From assembly GCA_016781115.1 (NCBI GenBank), contig JADDQX010000001.1, positions 1 through 42,036 of the forward strand: a DNA stretch of 42,036 bases, written 5' to 3'. The stretch's first letter is position 1. Every line of letters begins with the position of its first letter. Shown here one piece after another: positions 1-9,476 of the stretch. The notes beneath the pieces are model-generated. The model was not told the DNA's origin and did not search any database. It worked only from the letters and a program-made list of their open reading frames with translations. Source of the stretch: Actinomycetota bacterium (GTDB lineage Bacteria; Actinomycetota; CADDZG01; WHSQ01). The translations under genes and the position numbers were made by a program.

Positions 1-36
1 CTACGTTGGGACGTAGGCCAGTAAGCAGAGAACGGG

Positions 37-111
37 CGCCCCAGACCGGACTTGAACCGGCGACCTTCTCCTTGACAGGGAGATGAGCACTCCAGACTGC
101 TCCACTGGGGC
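37..111 (-). tRNA. tRNA-Asp (GTC)
   Basis: Reverse complement folds as a cloverleaf: acceptor GCCCCAG/CTGGGGC, anticodon arm TCTCC-CTGTCAA-GGAGA, T-arm GGTTCAAGTCC. CCA is not encoded. Confidence 0.96.
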
Positions 112-121
112 GAGAGACGTG

Positions 122-156
122 AGGCTAACAGACGTACTACGACAGATTGCTATCCT
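122..156. promoter_or_regulatory. Divergent extended -10 promoters for tRNA-Asp and tRNA-Phe
   Basis: TGtTAGCCT on the minus strand (hexamer 122-127) and TGcTATCCT on the plus strand (hexamer 151-156), each about 9-10 nt upstream of its tRNA. Confidence 0.6.
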
Positions 157-165
157 GCGCCCCCG

Positions 166-238
166 GGCGAGGTAGCTCAGTTGGCAGAGCACGCGACTGA
201 AAATCGCGGTGTCGACAGTTCGATTCTGTCCCTCGCCA
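166..238 (+). tRNA. tRNA-Phe (GAA)
   Basis: Acceptor GGCGAGG/CCTCGCC, D-arm TAGCTCAGTTGGCAGAGC, anticodon arm CGCGA-CTGAAAA-TCGCG, T-loop GTTCGATTC. Confidence 0.96.
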
Positions 239-256
239 CGTCCATCCTCGGACGCG

Positions 257-281
257 AAAACGGACGCCCGAGGGCGCCCGT
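257..281 (-). terminator. Intrinsic terminator between bldC and tRNA-Phe
   Basis: Minus strand reads ACGGGCGCC-CTCG-GGCGTCCGT-TTT, about 20 nt after the bldC stop. Confidence 0.6.
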
Positions 282-301
282 GTCCGTTGAAGTTGAGAGC
301 T

Positions 302-493
302 TCAGTCCTGAAGCTGCTTGGCTCCCTCTAGGAACCTGCGCACCTCGTCGGCCCGGTAGCGACGGTGTCCCCCGAGAGTCCTGATCGAGGAAAGCTTGCC
401 CGCCTTAGCCCAGCGAGTGACGGTCTTCGGGTCCACCCTGAAGAGCGCTGCGACCTCGGCCGGCGTCAAAAGGGTGTCGTCCTTCTGAGCCAT
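302..493 (-). CDS. bldC: BldC-family MerR-like/excisionase-type HTH regulator (63 aa)
   Basis: LLTPAEVAALFRVDPKTVTRWAKAGKLSSIRTLGGHRRY is the BldC signature. GGAGG RBS lies 6 nt before the ATG at 493. Confidence 0.93.
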   Translation of the reverse strand: MAQKDDTLLTPAEVAALFRVDPKTVTRWAKAGKLSSIRTLGGHRRYRADEVRRFLEGAKQLQD

Positions 494-605
494 CATTGGC
501 CTCCAATTCCCACGTCGGATCGGCGGTTCCGATCCACCTTCGCCACAGATGCCCGAAATGCTCTGTCGCAGGGAAATCATCGGCTTAGACGCGGCGATCT
601 GTAAT

Positions 606-654
606 GGCTATTTAGGGCCATTTTGGGGCTTTCGCAGCTATGGCCGACATAGCT
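606..654. repeat. 10-bp periodic imperfect direct repeats plus a 7-bp inverted repeat upstream of bldC
   Basis: GGCTATTTAG/GGCCATTTTG/GGGCTTTCGC/AGCTATGGCC at 606, 616, 626 and 636; AGCTATG-N5-CATAGCT at 636-654. Confidence 0.5.
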
Positions 655-713
655 CCAGCGAACTAGTCAGAAAGGGGCAAATCGCCCGCTCCCCTAGGTC
701 CCCGCCTCCGCTC

Positions 714-1520
714 TTAGTTGACGACCTCTTTCGCTCGCACCTCGGTCCAGCGTTCCGTCAGCGCGCTGAAGAGGCGGCCTGCACGGATGAGGTCTCCCCC
801 CTCCAACGCATCGAGACAGGCGGCCACTTCGGCGGCCGACTGGTCCTCGAGTAGATCTTCGTGGGAGAACATCGTCGCCACCGAGCCGTAGTCGAGCTCC
901 ATCAGCCCGTCGCTGGTGAACCCGTCCAGCCACTCGACCAGCTCGCGCACTGCAGCGGTGACACCGTCGTCGATCCAGGTCTCTTCCAGCACCGCTAGGC
1001 AGCGGACCAGTCGCGCCTTCGCGGTAGACAGCTGCGTCTCGTAGCGGATCCGGAGCCCGTTCTTGTCTTCGGTGAGGATCCTCTCGGAGCCGTCGAAGGC
1101 GCCGAACCACCTGAGCGGCACGTGCCAGTTCGCGTGCAGGATGTGCGACCGCACCTCCGGCCGCTCGTCCCCCAACACCGCGAGCTCGTGCGCTGCTCGC
1201 CGCGCCTCGGCTTCGGGCACGAACGCCTCCGCTACTTCTTCGGGAACGCTGTTGCGGAACGCGAGCAGTGCCGCCAACATCCGCAGCCTCGTGCGCCAGG
1301 GACAGATCAACAGCTGACCGTCCAGCTCCCGGACGAACGCTCCTTCGGTTGGAGTGGCGAGGTTCTGATCTGCAGGAAGCGCAGTGGCGATCAGCCAGCG
1401 ACGAGCTTCTTTGGGCTCGGAGCTTTCATCGTCGCGGCAGTTCTCCACCCACTGTTCCTGTTCCTCCGCAGGGAACGAAGACAGAGGCTGATAGATGCGC
1501 AGGTACGCCGTGTTGATCAT
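714..1520 (-). CDS. Conserved actinobacterial hypothetical protein (type found between the Val/Leu dehydrogenase gene and bldC)
   Basis: 268-aa ORF with AYLRIYQPL, CPWRTRLR, WHVPLRWF and ELDYG motifs. Synteny with bldC and vdh is recalled from Streptomyces. Confidence 0.8.
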   Translation of the reverse strand: MINTAYLRIYQPLSSFPAEEQEQWVENCRDDESSEPKEARRWLIATALPADQNLATPTEGAFVRELDGQLLICPWRTRLRMLAALLAFRNSVPEEVAEAFVPEAEARRAAHELAVLGDERPEVRSHILHANWHVPLRWFGAFDGSERILTEDKNGLRIRYETQLSTAKARLVRCLAVLEETWIDDGVTAAVRELVEWLDGFTSDGLMELDYGSVATMFSHEDLLEDQSAAEVAACLDALEGGDLIRAGRLFSALTERWTEVRAKEVVN

Positions 1521-1637
1521 CTGATCGCGATGCTACCCAGTGCCTGTGACAAGAGAGCGGCAATCGTCCAGGCGGTAGCATGGCCGGCGAAGCTGAGACG
1601 ACGGCGTTTCGGCGGAGACCACAGGAGTCCCCCTTCC

Positions 1638-2729
1638 ATGAGCGTGTTCGAGCACATCAACGGCGATGGCTACGAGCAGATCGTCTTCTGCTCAGACGAC
1701 CAGTCGGGCCTGCGGGCGATCATCGCGATCCATTCGACGGCTCTGGGGCCTGCCCTCGGGGGGACCCGGTTCTACCCCTATGACAGAGAGGAAGACGCGC
1801 TGGTCGACGTCTTGCGGCTCGCGAAGGGCATGACCTACAAGGCCGCGGCAGCGGGCCTCGACCTCGGCGGCGGCAAGGCTGTGATCATCGGCGATCCTCG
1901 GCGCATCAAGACCGAGGAGCTGTTGCGGGCTTACGGGCGTTTCGTCGAGACACTGGGCGGGCGCTACATCACCGCGGAGGATGTCGGCACCGCTCTGGAA
2001 GATATGGACATCGTTCGTCGAGAGTCGCGCTGGGTCACCGGCTGCTCGCACACGTATGGCGGATCGGGAGATCCGTCCCCCGTCACCGCGCACGGCGTGC
2101 TGAACGGGATCAAAGCGTGCCTGTTGGAGGTCTTCGGCTCGCCGGAACTCGCCGGCCGTACGGTCGCGCTGCAGGGGGTCGGAAAGGTCGGCTACGCGCT
2201 GTGTGGCTACCTCGTCAACGAGGGAGCCACCGTCACGATCGGCGACATCGATGTCGACAACATGGCGCGCGCGGTGAAGGACCATGGAGTCGAGACCGTC
2301 CCGCTCGAGGACATCCACAAGGTCGAATGCGACGTATTCGCGCCGTGTGCGTTGGGTGGCGGGATCAACGACGACACGATCTCGGAGTTCAACTGCAAGA
2401 TCATCGCGGGGGCCGCGAACAACCAGCTGGCGCGCGAGGAGCACGGAGAGAAGTTGCGCGATCTCGGCATCCTGTACGCGCCAGACTTCGTCATCAACGC
2501 GGGCGGCCTAATCAACGTCGAAGACGAGCTCCGCGGCTATGACCGAGACAGAGCGATGGCTCGGGTCGAGGGCATCTACAAGCAGATGCAACACATCTTC
2601 ACCCTCGCGAAGGAGACCGGGCTGTCCACGGCCAAGGCTGCCGAGCTCCACGCGCAGGAGCGCATCCGAAAGATCAGTCGCATCAGGTTGGTCCGAACCG
2701 CGGAGTTCGGCCCGAGCGCGACCAACTAG
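1638..2729 (+). CDS. Leu/Phe/Val dehydrogenase
   Basis: GPALGGTR, GMTYK, GGGKAVI, TAEDVG, GxGxxG (QGVGKVG) and GAANNQL motifs. AGGAG RBS precedes the ATG at 1638. Confidence 0.93.
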   Translation: MSVFEHINGDGYEQIVFCSDDQSGLRAIIAIHSTALGPALGGTRFYPYDREEDALVDVLRLAKGMTYKAAAAGLDLGGGKAVIIGDPRRIKTEELLRAYGRFVETLGGRYITAEDVGTALEDMDIVRRESRWVTGCSHTYGGSGDPSPVTAHGVLNGIKACLLEVFGSPELAGRTVALQGVGKVGYALCGYLVNEGATVTIGDIDVDNMARAVKDHGVETVPLEDIHKVECDVFAPCALGGGINDDTISEFNCKIIAGAANNQLAREEHGEKLRDLGILYAPDFVINAGGLINVEDELRGYDRDRAMARVEGIYKQMQHIFTLAKETGLSTAKAAELHAQERIRKISRIRLVRTAEFGPSATN

Positions 2730-2740
2730 ACCCCAGCGCG

Positions 2741-3862
2741 ATGAGTGAGATCGTTCGCGTCATCGGTAACGGCGCCGACCTCGCGGACGGCGAGGTCCCG
2801 AACGAGCTCGCGGAGAAGGATCTGATCGAGCTGTTCCGGTGGCTCGTGTTGCTGCGGACGTTCGACGAACGAGCCGTCGCACTCCAGAGACAGGGACGGA
2901 TCGGTACCTACGCTCTCTACTGGGGCGAGGAGGCGACGCAGGCGGGCGCCCTCTATGCATGTGAGGACGCCGACTGGGTGTTCCCGTCCTACAGACAGAA
3001 CGCGATCGGCATCCTTCGCGGGGTCCCCGCGTCGACCGTGCTCGCGTGGTGGCGTGGTTACGGCGGGACCCACGGGTTCTGGAACCCACGCGACCACCGG
3101 GTGGGGCCGATCACGGTGCCCATCGCGACGCACCTCCCGCATGCGGTCGGCGTCGCCTGGGCGGCGAAGATCCGTAAGGACCGTGCCTCTTCGCTCGCGT
3201 GGTTCGGCGACGGGGCGACATCCGAAGGTGATTTCCACGAGGCCATGAATTTCGCATCCGTCCTCAAGACCTCGACGGTCTTCTTCTGCGTGAACAACCA
3301 GTGGGCGATCTCCACACCGATCTCGAAGCAGATGGCGAGCGAGACGATCGCGCAGAAGGCGGTCGCATACGGGATGCCGGGCGTGCGGGTGGACGGCTTC
3401 GACCCCATCGCATGCTGGAAGGTGACGAGGGACGCGCTCGAGCGAGGGCGGCAGGGCGGGGGCCCGACGCTGATCGAGGCGTACTGCTACCGGATCATGC
3501 CCCACGGGACCGCCGACGATCCTCGGTTGTATCGCGACGAAGCGGAGAGCGAGCACTGGCGAGCACTGGAGCCGGTGGGACGGATGGCGGAATTCCTCCG
3601 GCGTCGATCGATCCTGGACGACGCGCAGGAGGAACAGATCAGAGCCGAGGCCAAGCAGCTGGTGGCACAAGCGGTCACAGATATGGAAGCCATCGCGCAT
3701 CCCGGCCAAGAGATCCTGTTCGACCACGTCTACGCATCGGGCCGCCCTTGGAACTTCGACGAGGCGCTCGATGAGCTGCACCAGGTGGAGCGACCCGCGG
3801 AGGTGAAGCCACTCGGCCCCCCCACCACCCCCGGCGCGGGCGAGGAGGGCAAGACCATATGA
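2741..3862 (+). CDS. bkdA: 2-oxoacid (probably branched-chain) dehydrogenase E1 alpha
   Basis: LQRQGRIG, TPP motif GDGATSEGDFHEAMN...NNQWAIS, and YR..PH...DDP loop. Confidence 0.88.
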   Translation: MSEIVRVIGNGADLADGEVPNELAEKDLIELFRWLVLLRTFDERAVALQRQGRIGTYALYWGEEATQAGALYACEDADWVFPSYRQNAIGILRGVPASTVLAWWRGYGGTHGFWNPRDHRVGPITVPIATHLPHAVGVAWAAKIRKDRASSLAWFGDGATSEGDFHEAMNFASVLKTSTVFFCVNNQWAISTPISKQMASETIAQKAVAYGMPGVRVDGFDPIACWKVTRDALERGRQGGGPTLIEAYCYRIMPHGTADDPRLYRDEAESEHWRALEPVGRMAEFLRRRSILDDAQEEQIRAEAKQLVAQAVTDMEAIAHPGQEILFDHVYASGRPWNFDEALDELHQVERPAEVKPLGPPTTPGAGEEGKTI

Positions 3863-4875
3863 CCGCAGTCAACATGGTTGAGGCTCTGAACAAGGGTCTT
3901 CACGAAGCCATGACGGCGGACGACAGAGTCGTCGTGTTGGGCGAAGACGTCGCGAAGACCGGCGGCGTCTTCCGCGTGACCGCGGGCCTACTCGACCGTT
4001 TCGGCGACGACAGGGTCGTGGACACTCCGCTGGCGGAAGCGGGCATCGTAGGTTCCGCGATCGGCATGGCCGTCTACGGCCTGCTGCCGGTGGCCGAGAT
4101 CCAGTTCGACTCCTTCGTCTACCCGGGGTTCGAGCAGATCGTCGTGCACGCGGCCCGCTATGCGTGGCGGACCAAGGGCGAGGTGCCGGCATCGATCGTG
4201 ATCCGCATCCCTTACGGCGGCGGCGTCCGGATGCCGGAGCTCCACTCCGACTCGCCGGAGTCACTATTCGTTCACACGCCGGGGCTCAAGGTGGTCTGCC
4301 CCTCGACGCCTGCGGACGCGCGCAACATGATCCTCGCCGCGATCGAAGATCCCGATCCGGTCATCTTCATGGAGCCGAAGCGCATCTACCGGGCGGGACG
4401 GCAGGAGATCCCGGACGAGCCGCCGTTCACGGTTGGCAACGGAAGCCCTAACGGCGCACTCAACGAGTACCTCTCCAAGGCCCGCGTGGCGCGCGAGGGA
4501 GACGACCTCGCCATCTTCACGTACGGCGCAACGGTCCCGCTAACGATCGATGCCGCGGAGAAGCTCGCTCGGGAGGAGCGGGTCGAAGCGCGTGTCGTAG
4601 ATCTTCGGTCGCTGTACCCACTCGACGTCCACGCGATCGAGAAGGCGGCCTCGGAATGTCGCCGCGCCTTGGTGGTGCATGAGGCTCCACGGACCGCCGG
4701 AGTGGGCGCCGAGGTGTCGAGCCTGATCCACGAGCGCGTGATGCTGGATCTCGAAGCGCCGGTCGGCCGCGTCACCGGCTACGACGCGCCGTTCCCGCAG
4801 TTCGCCAACGAAGACGATTACCTGCCATCCGTCGACCGCATCTTCGCGGGAGCGAAGAAGGTTCTCGAGTTCTGA
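3859..4875 (+). CDS. bkdB: 2-oxoacid dehydrogenase E1 beta
   Basis: GEDV...GGVFRVT, DTPLAE, AEIQF and DPVIFMEPK motifs. ATGA overlap with E1 alpha. Confidence 0.9.
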   Translation: MTAVNMVEALNKGLHEAMTADDRVVVLGEDVAKTGGVFRVTAGLLDRFGDDRVVDTPLAEAGIVGSAIGMAVYGLLPVAEIQFDSFVYPGFEQIVVHAARYAWRTKGEVPASIVIRIPYGGGVRMPELHSDSPESLFVHTPGLKVVCPSTPADARNMILAAIEDPDPVIFMEPKRIYRAGRQEIPDEPPFTVGNGSPNGALNEYLSKARVAREGDDLAIFTYGATVPLTIDAAEKLAREERVEARVVDLRSLYPLDVHAIEKAASECRRALVVHEAPRTAGVGAEVSSLIHERVMLDLEAPVGRVTGYDAPFPQFANEDDYLPSVDRIFAGAKKVLEF

Positions 4876-6128
4876 TGCCGGACTTCTTGCTGCCCGACCT
4901 CGGCGAGGGCCTCACCGAGGGTGAGATCGACCGCTGGCTCGTCAAAGAGGGCGACACGGTCGCCGAAGACGACCCGCTCGTCGAGGTCATCACCGACAAG
5001 GCGACGGCCGAGATCCCGTCGCCCTTCGCCGGCGTCGTGACCAAGATCCACGTTCCCGCCGGCGCCGTCGTTGCGGTCGGCACCGCTCTTGTCACCATCG
5101 GCGAAAGTGTTCCGGGGGAGTCGGTTGCGTTGGGGGGTGGGGGCCGCGCACCGTCACCTGCGGGACCAGACGCCTCCGCCTTCGGCTCCGGGGTCGATGG
5201 TCCCCACGGCAACGGCGACGCACCCCCACTCCCACCTCGACCCGTCGAAACACGTACGAACCCCATCGGCGTCAAGGCGATGCCTCCTGTTCGGAAATTG
5301 GCTCGCGAACTCGGCATCGATCTTGCTGCCATCAGGGGGAGCGGGCCGGGCGGACGCGTCCTTCGGGCCGATGTTGAGGCTGCGGCCAATGGTCATGCTC
5401 CCGGTCTCGAGACGGGTCGGATCGAAGGCGGGGGCGAACGGCGCGAGCCCCTGCGGGGCGTGCGACGGGTGATCGCTCAGAGGATGGCGGACGCCCATCG
5501 GATCGTTCCGCCGGTTACTCATGTTGAGGAGTGCGACGTGACCGAGCTCGATGCGACGCGGAAGCTCGCGAACGAGCGGTCACCTGACGAGCTTCGGCTC
5601 ACTTACATACCGTTCATCGTCAAAGCCGTAGTGACCGCTCTCCGCGATTACCCGGCATTGAATGCCTCGCTTGATGAGGAGGCTGGCGAGATCGTCTTCC
5701 ACGATCGTTTCGACATCGGCATCGCGGTGGATACTCCGGCCGGGCTTACGGTCCCGGTCGTTCGCGGCGCGGACAAGAAGCGCCTGCGCGAGGTGGCGGT
5801 TGACGTGGACCGTTTGGCTTCCGCCGCGCGCGCGGGGAGGTCCAAGAGCGAAGATCTACGGGACGCGACGTTCACGATCTCGAGCCCCGGCCCCTTCGGA
5901 GGACTCATGGCAACGCCGATCGTCTTCCATCCGCAGTCGGCGATCCTGGGCGTACACCGGGCCACGGACCGGCCGGTCGTCCGGGACGGACAGATCGTCA
6001 TCCGGAAGATGATGAACCTCTCGATCACCTTCGACCACCGCATCCTCGACGGGATGACGGCCGCGAGGTTCATCTTGGACGTGGTTCGCCTGCTGGAGCA
6101 CCCCGCCGTCCTCGCGTTGGAGGCCTGA
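4875..6128 (+). CDS. bkdC: 2-oxoacid dehydrogenase E2 dihydrolipoamide acyltransferase
   Basis: Lipoyl domain (PDLGEGL, TDKA), E3-binding domain (PPVRKLARELGIDL...GSGPGGR), catalytic DHRILDG. Confidence 0.9.
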   Translation: MPDFLLPDLGEGLTEGEIDRWLVKEGDTVAEDDPLVEVITDKATAEIPSPFAGVVTKIHVPAGAVVAVGTALVTIGESVPGESVALGGGGRAPSPAGPDASAFGSGVDGPHGNGDAPPLPPRPVETRTNPIGVKAMPPVRKLARELGIDLAAIRGSGPGGRVLRADVEAAANGHAPGLETGRIEGGGERREPLRGVRRVIAQRMADAHRIVPPVTHVEECDVTELDATRKLANERSPDELRLTYIPFIVKAVVTALRDYPALNASLDEEAGEIVFHDRFDIGIAVDTPAGLTVPVVRGADKKRLREVAVDVDRLASAARAGRSKSEDLRDATFTISSPGPFGGLMATPIVFHPQSAILGVHRATDRPVVRDGQIVIRKMMNLSITFDHRILDGMTAARFILDVVRLLEHPAVLALEA

Positions 6129-6250
6129 GCGAGCTTTTATCCCTCTCATCCCGAAGTGGCGGCGTGGCGGGTCCGCCGGGAGTGTAGTTGTAGGTCATCG
6201 CGAAGTGCTCGGTTCCGGTACCTCTGCTCCGACTCGGCAGCACCCGCGAG

Positions 6251-7201
6251 CTACGCCGGTCGCGCGCCGATCGTGTTGCGCAGGATCCCGATGTGTTCGA
6301 TCTCCAGCTCCACGACGTCTCCGGGGGTGAGCTGACGCCCGAGATCCAGACCACAACAACCGCCGGGGGTCCCCGACCCGTAGACGTCGCCCGGAAAGAC
6401 ATCTTCAGCTTGTGAGACGTGTGCCAGCATCTGGCTCCAGCTCCAGTGGGCTGCCGATGAACGTGCTCGTCCCCATTCCTCGCCGTTGACCCGACAGATC
6501 ATGGCGAGATCCGGTTCCGGCCCCACCTCATCCGCGGTCACGATGCACGGCCCCAGCGCGTTGGCGAAGTCCTTGCCCTTCGCTGGGCCGAGCCAGGCAG
6601 ACATCTCGCTCGACTGGACGTCGCGCGCGGAGAAGTCGTTGAAGATCGTGAATCCGAAGATGTGCTTGCCGGCTTCGTCGGCTCGGATGTCTCTGCCGCG
6701 CTTGCCGACGATCATGGCGAGCTCGAGCTCGAAGTCGAGGCGGTCCGTGTACGCGGGCCACCTGCACTCGGCGTTAGGCCCGATGATGGTCCGGTGGTTC
6801 CCCTTGTAGTACACCGGCGCCTCGTACCAGTACTCCGGCACCGCGACCTGGCGGCGTTCGGCTCCGCGACGCACGTGATCTTCGAACGCGAGGAAGTCAC
6901 GCAGAGACTGGACCCGATCCAAAGGGCATAGCAACCGGGTATCTCCATCGTCGGGCGACAGCATGAAGTCGGGGATGGTCGATGCCGCGCGGACCACGTC
7001 GCGGACCTCACTCCAAACCTCGGGACCCTGCTGGATCAAGGCATCCGTCGAGACGAGGAAGGAAGCGGTCTCGGGACTGAGACGCGTGCCGGTCACCTCG
7101 TTCCACGCGTCCAGCAGGTCGACGGGTGCCGACGAGCCCACCGCCACGGCTACCCGCGGCTGATAACCCCCGCGGTCGGATACGAAACGGTACAGCCGCA
7201 A
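6251..7201 (-). CDS. Fumarylacetoacetate hydrolase family protein
   Basis: LRDFLAFEDH, LDFELE, NDFSARD, KGKDFA and GSGTPG motifs; downstream of hmgA; TTG start. Confidence 0.88.
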   Translation of the reverse strand: MRLYRFVSDRGGYQPRVAVAVGSSAPVDLLDAWNEVTGTRLSPETASFLVSTDALIQQGPEVWSEVRDVVRAASTIPDFMLSPDDGDTRLLCPLDRVQSLRDFLAFEDHVRRGAERRQVAVPEYWYEAPVYYKGNHRTIIGPNAECRWPAYTDRLDFELELAMIVGKRGRDIRADEAGKHIFGFTIFNDFSARDVQSSEMSAWLGPAKGKDFANALGPCIVTADEVGPEPDLAMICRVNGEEWGRARSSAAHWSWSQMLAHVSQAEDVFPGDVYGSGTPGGCCGLDLGRQLTPGDVVELEIEHIGILRNTIGARPA

Positions 7202-7215
7202 CCTAGAAGATCCGC

Positions 7216-8337
7216 CTATCGATCCCCGAGGAGACCCATGCCGGCGGCCCAGGACGTCTCGTACTCGGTGGCGACCACCGCGTCGGCTTCGGGTGACACG
7301 ATCAATGGTTGATGCGTCTCGACCATCACAGCGACCTCGTCGGTCCGTTCCTTGGTCTTCGACGCCTCGATAGCCGCCGGTTGTGGCCCGTGGTGGATCC
7401 CTTGTGGGTGCAACGTGATGTAACCGACGTCGATCCCCGCGCGGCTGAAGAAATTCCCTTCGTGATAGAAGAGCACCTCATCCGCGTCGATGTTCGCGTG
7501 ATAGAAGGGCACCTTCAGAACCTGCGGATCCTCTTCGAGCGGTCGCGGAACGAACGAGCAGATCACGAAACCGTCGTTCTCCCACGTGCAATGGGCCGAC
7601 GGCGGCATGTGATAGCTCGGTGAGTAGACCGGGCGATGGTCGAGGATGTTCAGCTTCACGGGGGATACGTCACCCTGCCAGCCCACCACGTCGAGCGGGT
7701 GCCACGCGAAGAACAGCGACGTGAACTCGCCATCGCGCTTCACGCGGACCTCGAACTCTCCGGCCTCGTCATGAGGGTCTGGCTCCGGAACCTGCATCAC
7801 ACCAGGGTCGAAGTGTGCGTGCTTACCCATCAACCCGCGATCGGGGAGGCGGTACTCGCCCGTCCCTTCGATGACGAAGAAGAAGTTGTCGTCGCCCGTC
7901 GGAACAACGCGATGCGTCGTCCCCTTCGGGATGATCACGTAGTCGCCGGGCGCGAAATCGAGCGGCCCGTAGTCCGACTCGATCGTTCCGCTGCCGCGGT
8001 GGACGAAGTAACAAACGTCTCCATCAGCGTCGCGCAGGAAGTACGGCATCGGCTGGGTCCTGCGCGAGACGTACAACCGGACGTCCGCGTTGCCGGCGAT
8101 CAGCTGCCAGAACCCGTCCTCGTCCGTCCGATCATCGGGCTTCATCTCGTTGACGTTGATGGCGCGCGGCCGAAGCTTCCCTTCGATGCGGGTCCACGCC
8201 GTCGGGGGGTGGCTGCGATAGAGGTGCGAGGCGCGACCGAAGAAGGTCTCTCGCCCATGCTCCTCTTCGTACGTGCCTGGAGGAACGGCTACGTGGGCTT
8301 GCTTGGCAACGGTTCCCTTCGAATGAACGACATCCAT
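7216..8337 (-). CDS. hmgA: Homogentisate 1,2-dioxygenase
   Basis: HPLDVVGW, HMPPSAH, FVICSFVPR, PFYH.N.D.DEVLFY and LHPQGIHHGP motifs. Confidence 0.9.
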   Translation of the reverse strand: MDVVHSKGTVAKQAHVAVPPGTYEEEHGRETFFGRASHLYRSHPPTAWTRIEGKLRPRAINVNEMKPDDRTDEDGFWQLIAGNADVRLYVSRRTQPMPYFLRDADGDVCYFVHRGSGTIESDYGPLDFAPGDYVIIPKGTTHRVVPTGDDNFFFVIEGTGEYRLPDRGLMGKHAHFDPGVMQVPEPDPHDEAGEFEVRVKRDGEFTSLFFAWHPLDVVGWQGDVSPVKLNILDHRPVYSPSYHMPPSAHCTWENDGFVICSFVPRPLEEDPQVLKVPFYHANIDADEVLFYHEGNFFSRAGIDVGYITLHPQGIHHGPQPAAIEASKTKERTDEVAVMVETHQPLIVSPEADAVVATEYETSWAAGMGLLGDR

Positions 8338-8352
8338 CGCAGGCTCCTCGCT

Positions 8353-9456
8353 CTACAGATTGCCGCGAGCGGCCTGCTCGCGTTCGATGGACTCGAACAG
8401 CGCCTTGAAGTTGCCGGCTCCGAACCCCTTGGCTCCGTGACGCTCGATGACCTCGAAGAAACACGTAGGGCGATCCTGCACGGGCTTCGTGAAGATCTGC
8501 AGCAGGTATCCGTCCTCGTCTTTATCGGCGAGGATCCCGTTCCGTTGCAGTGCATCGATCTTGTCGGTGATCTGCGGGACCCGCTGCTTGACGTCTTCGT
8601 AGTAGGTGCCCGGAACGCGCAGGAACTCGATCCCCGCCGTCCTCATCGCCTCCACTGTTCCTACGATGTCTTCCGTCGCCATGGCGATGTGCTGCACGCC
8701 CGGGGATCTGTAGTACTCGAGGTATTCCTCGATCTGAGACTTGCGCTTCCCCTCGGCAGGCTCGTTGATCGGCAACTTGATCTTCCCGTTCCCGTCCCAC
8801 ACGACCTTCGACATCAGAGCCGAGTACTCCGTGGAGATCTCCTCGTCCGAGAAATGGCGCAGCTCGGTGAATCCCATGATCCGTTCGTAGAAGCTCACCC
8901 ACTCATTCATCTTCCCGAGCTCGACGTTGCCCACGACGTGGTCGATGTGCTGGATCCCGAACCCGTCGCTGCCCTGGTCATCCAGCGGCTGGAACCCCGG
9001 GAAGAAAACACCGGAGTAATCCTGGCGGCTCACCAGCGAGTGGATCGTCTCTCCATAGGTGGCGATCGCAGCCTTCACCAGCTTCCCGTGTTCGTCCTCG
9101 AACACCTGAGGCTCGTGCACGCTGGTGGCGCCGCGCGAGAGCGCAACCCGATAAGCCTCTTCGGCGTCCGGTACGCGCAACGCCACGTCATGAACGCCGT
9201 CGCCATGCTCTTTGACGTGCTCGGCGATCGGGCTGTCGGGGCTGAGTGCGCCGGTGAAGACGAAGCGGACCTCGCCCTGCTGGACGAGCCAGGACACGCG
9301 ATCGCGCGTCCCCGTCTCGAGTCCCATGAAAGCGACGGGCGCGAAACCGAGCGCCTTGTAGTAGTGCGCGGCTTGCTTCGCGTTGCCTACGTAGAACTGC
9401 AGGTAGTCGATGCCGAGGATCGGGAAGGAGTCTTCGTTGTTGTTGAGCACGTCCAC
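8353..9456 (-). CDS. hppD: 4-hydroxyphenylpyruvate dioxygenase
   Basis: HGDGV, IDHVVGN, SQIEEYL, GVQHIA, LLQIFT and GFGAGNFKALFESIE motifs. AAGGAG RBS before GTG. Confidence 0.96.
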   Translation of the reverse strand: MDVLNNNEDSFPILGIDYLQFYVGNAKQAAHYYKALGFAPVAFMGLETGTRDRVSWLVQQGEVRFVFTGALSPDSPIAEHVKEHGDGVHDVALRVPDAEEAYRVALSRGATSVHEPQVFEDEHGKLVKAAIATYGETIHSLVSRQDYSGVFFPGFQPLDDQGSDGFGIQHIDHVVGNVELGKMNEWVSFYERIMGFTELRHFSDEEISTEYSALMSKVVWDGNGKIKLPINEPAEGKRKSQIEEYLEYYRSPGVQHIAMATEDIVGTVEAMRTAGIEFLRVPGTYYEDVKQRVPQITDKIDALQRNGILADKDEDGYLLQIFTKPVQDRPTCFFEVIERHGAKGFGAGNFKALFESIEREQAARGNL

Positions 9457-9476
9457 CTCCTTGTGGTCCTCGCAGC

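Noticed and set aside
302..493. Excisionase of a prophage or ICE next to the tRNAs
   Set aside because: The sequence matches BldC in its usual chromosomal context; there is no integrase or att repeat nearby.
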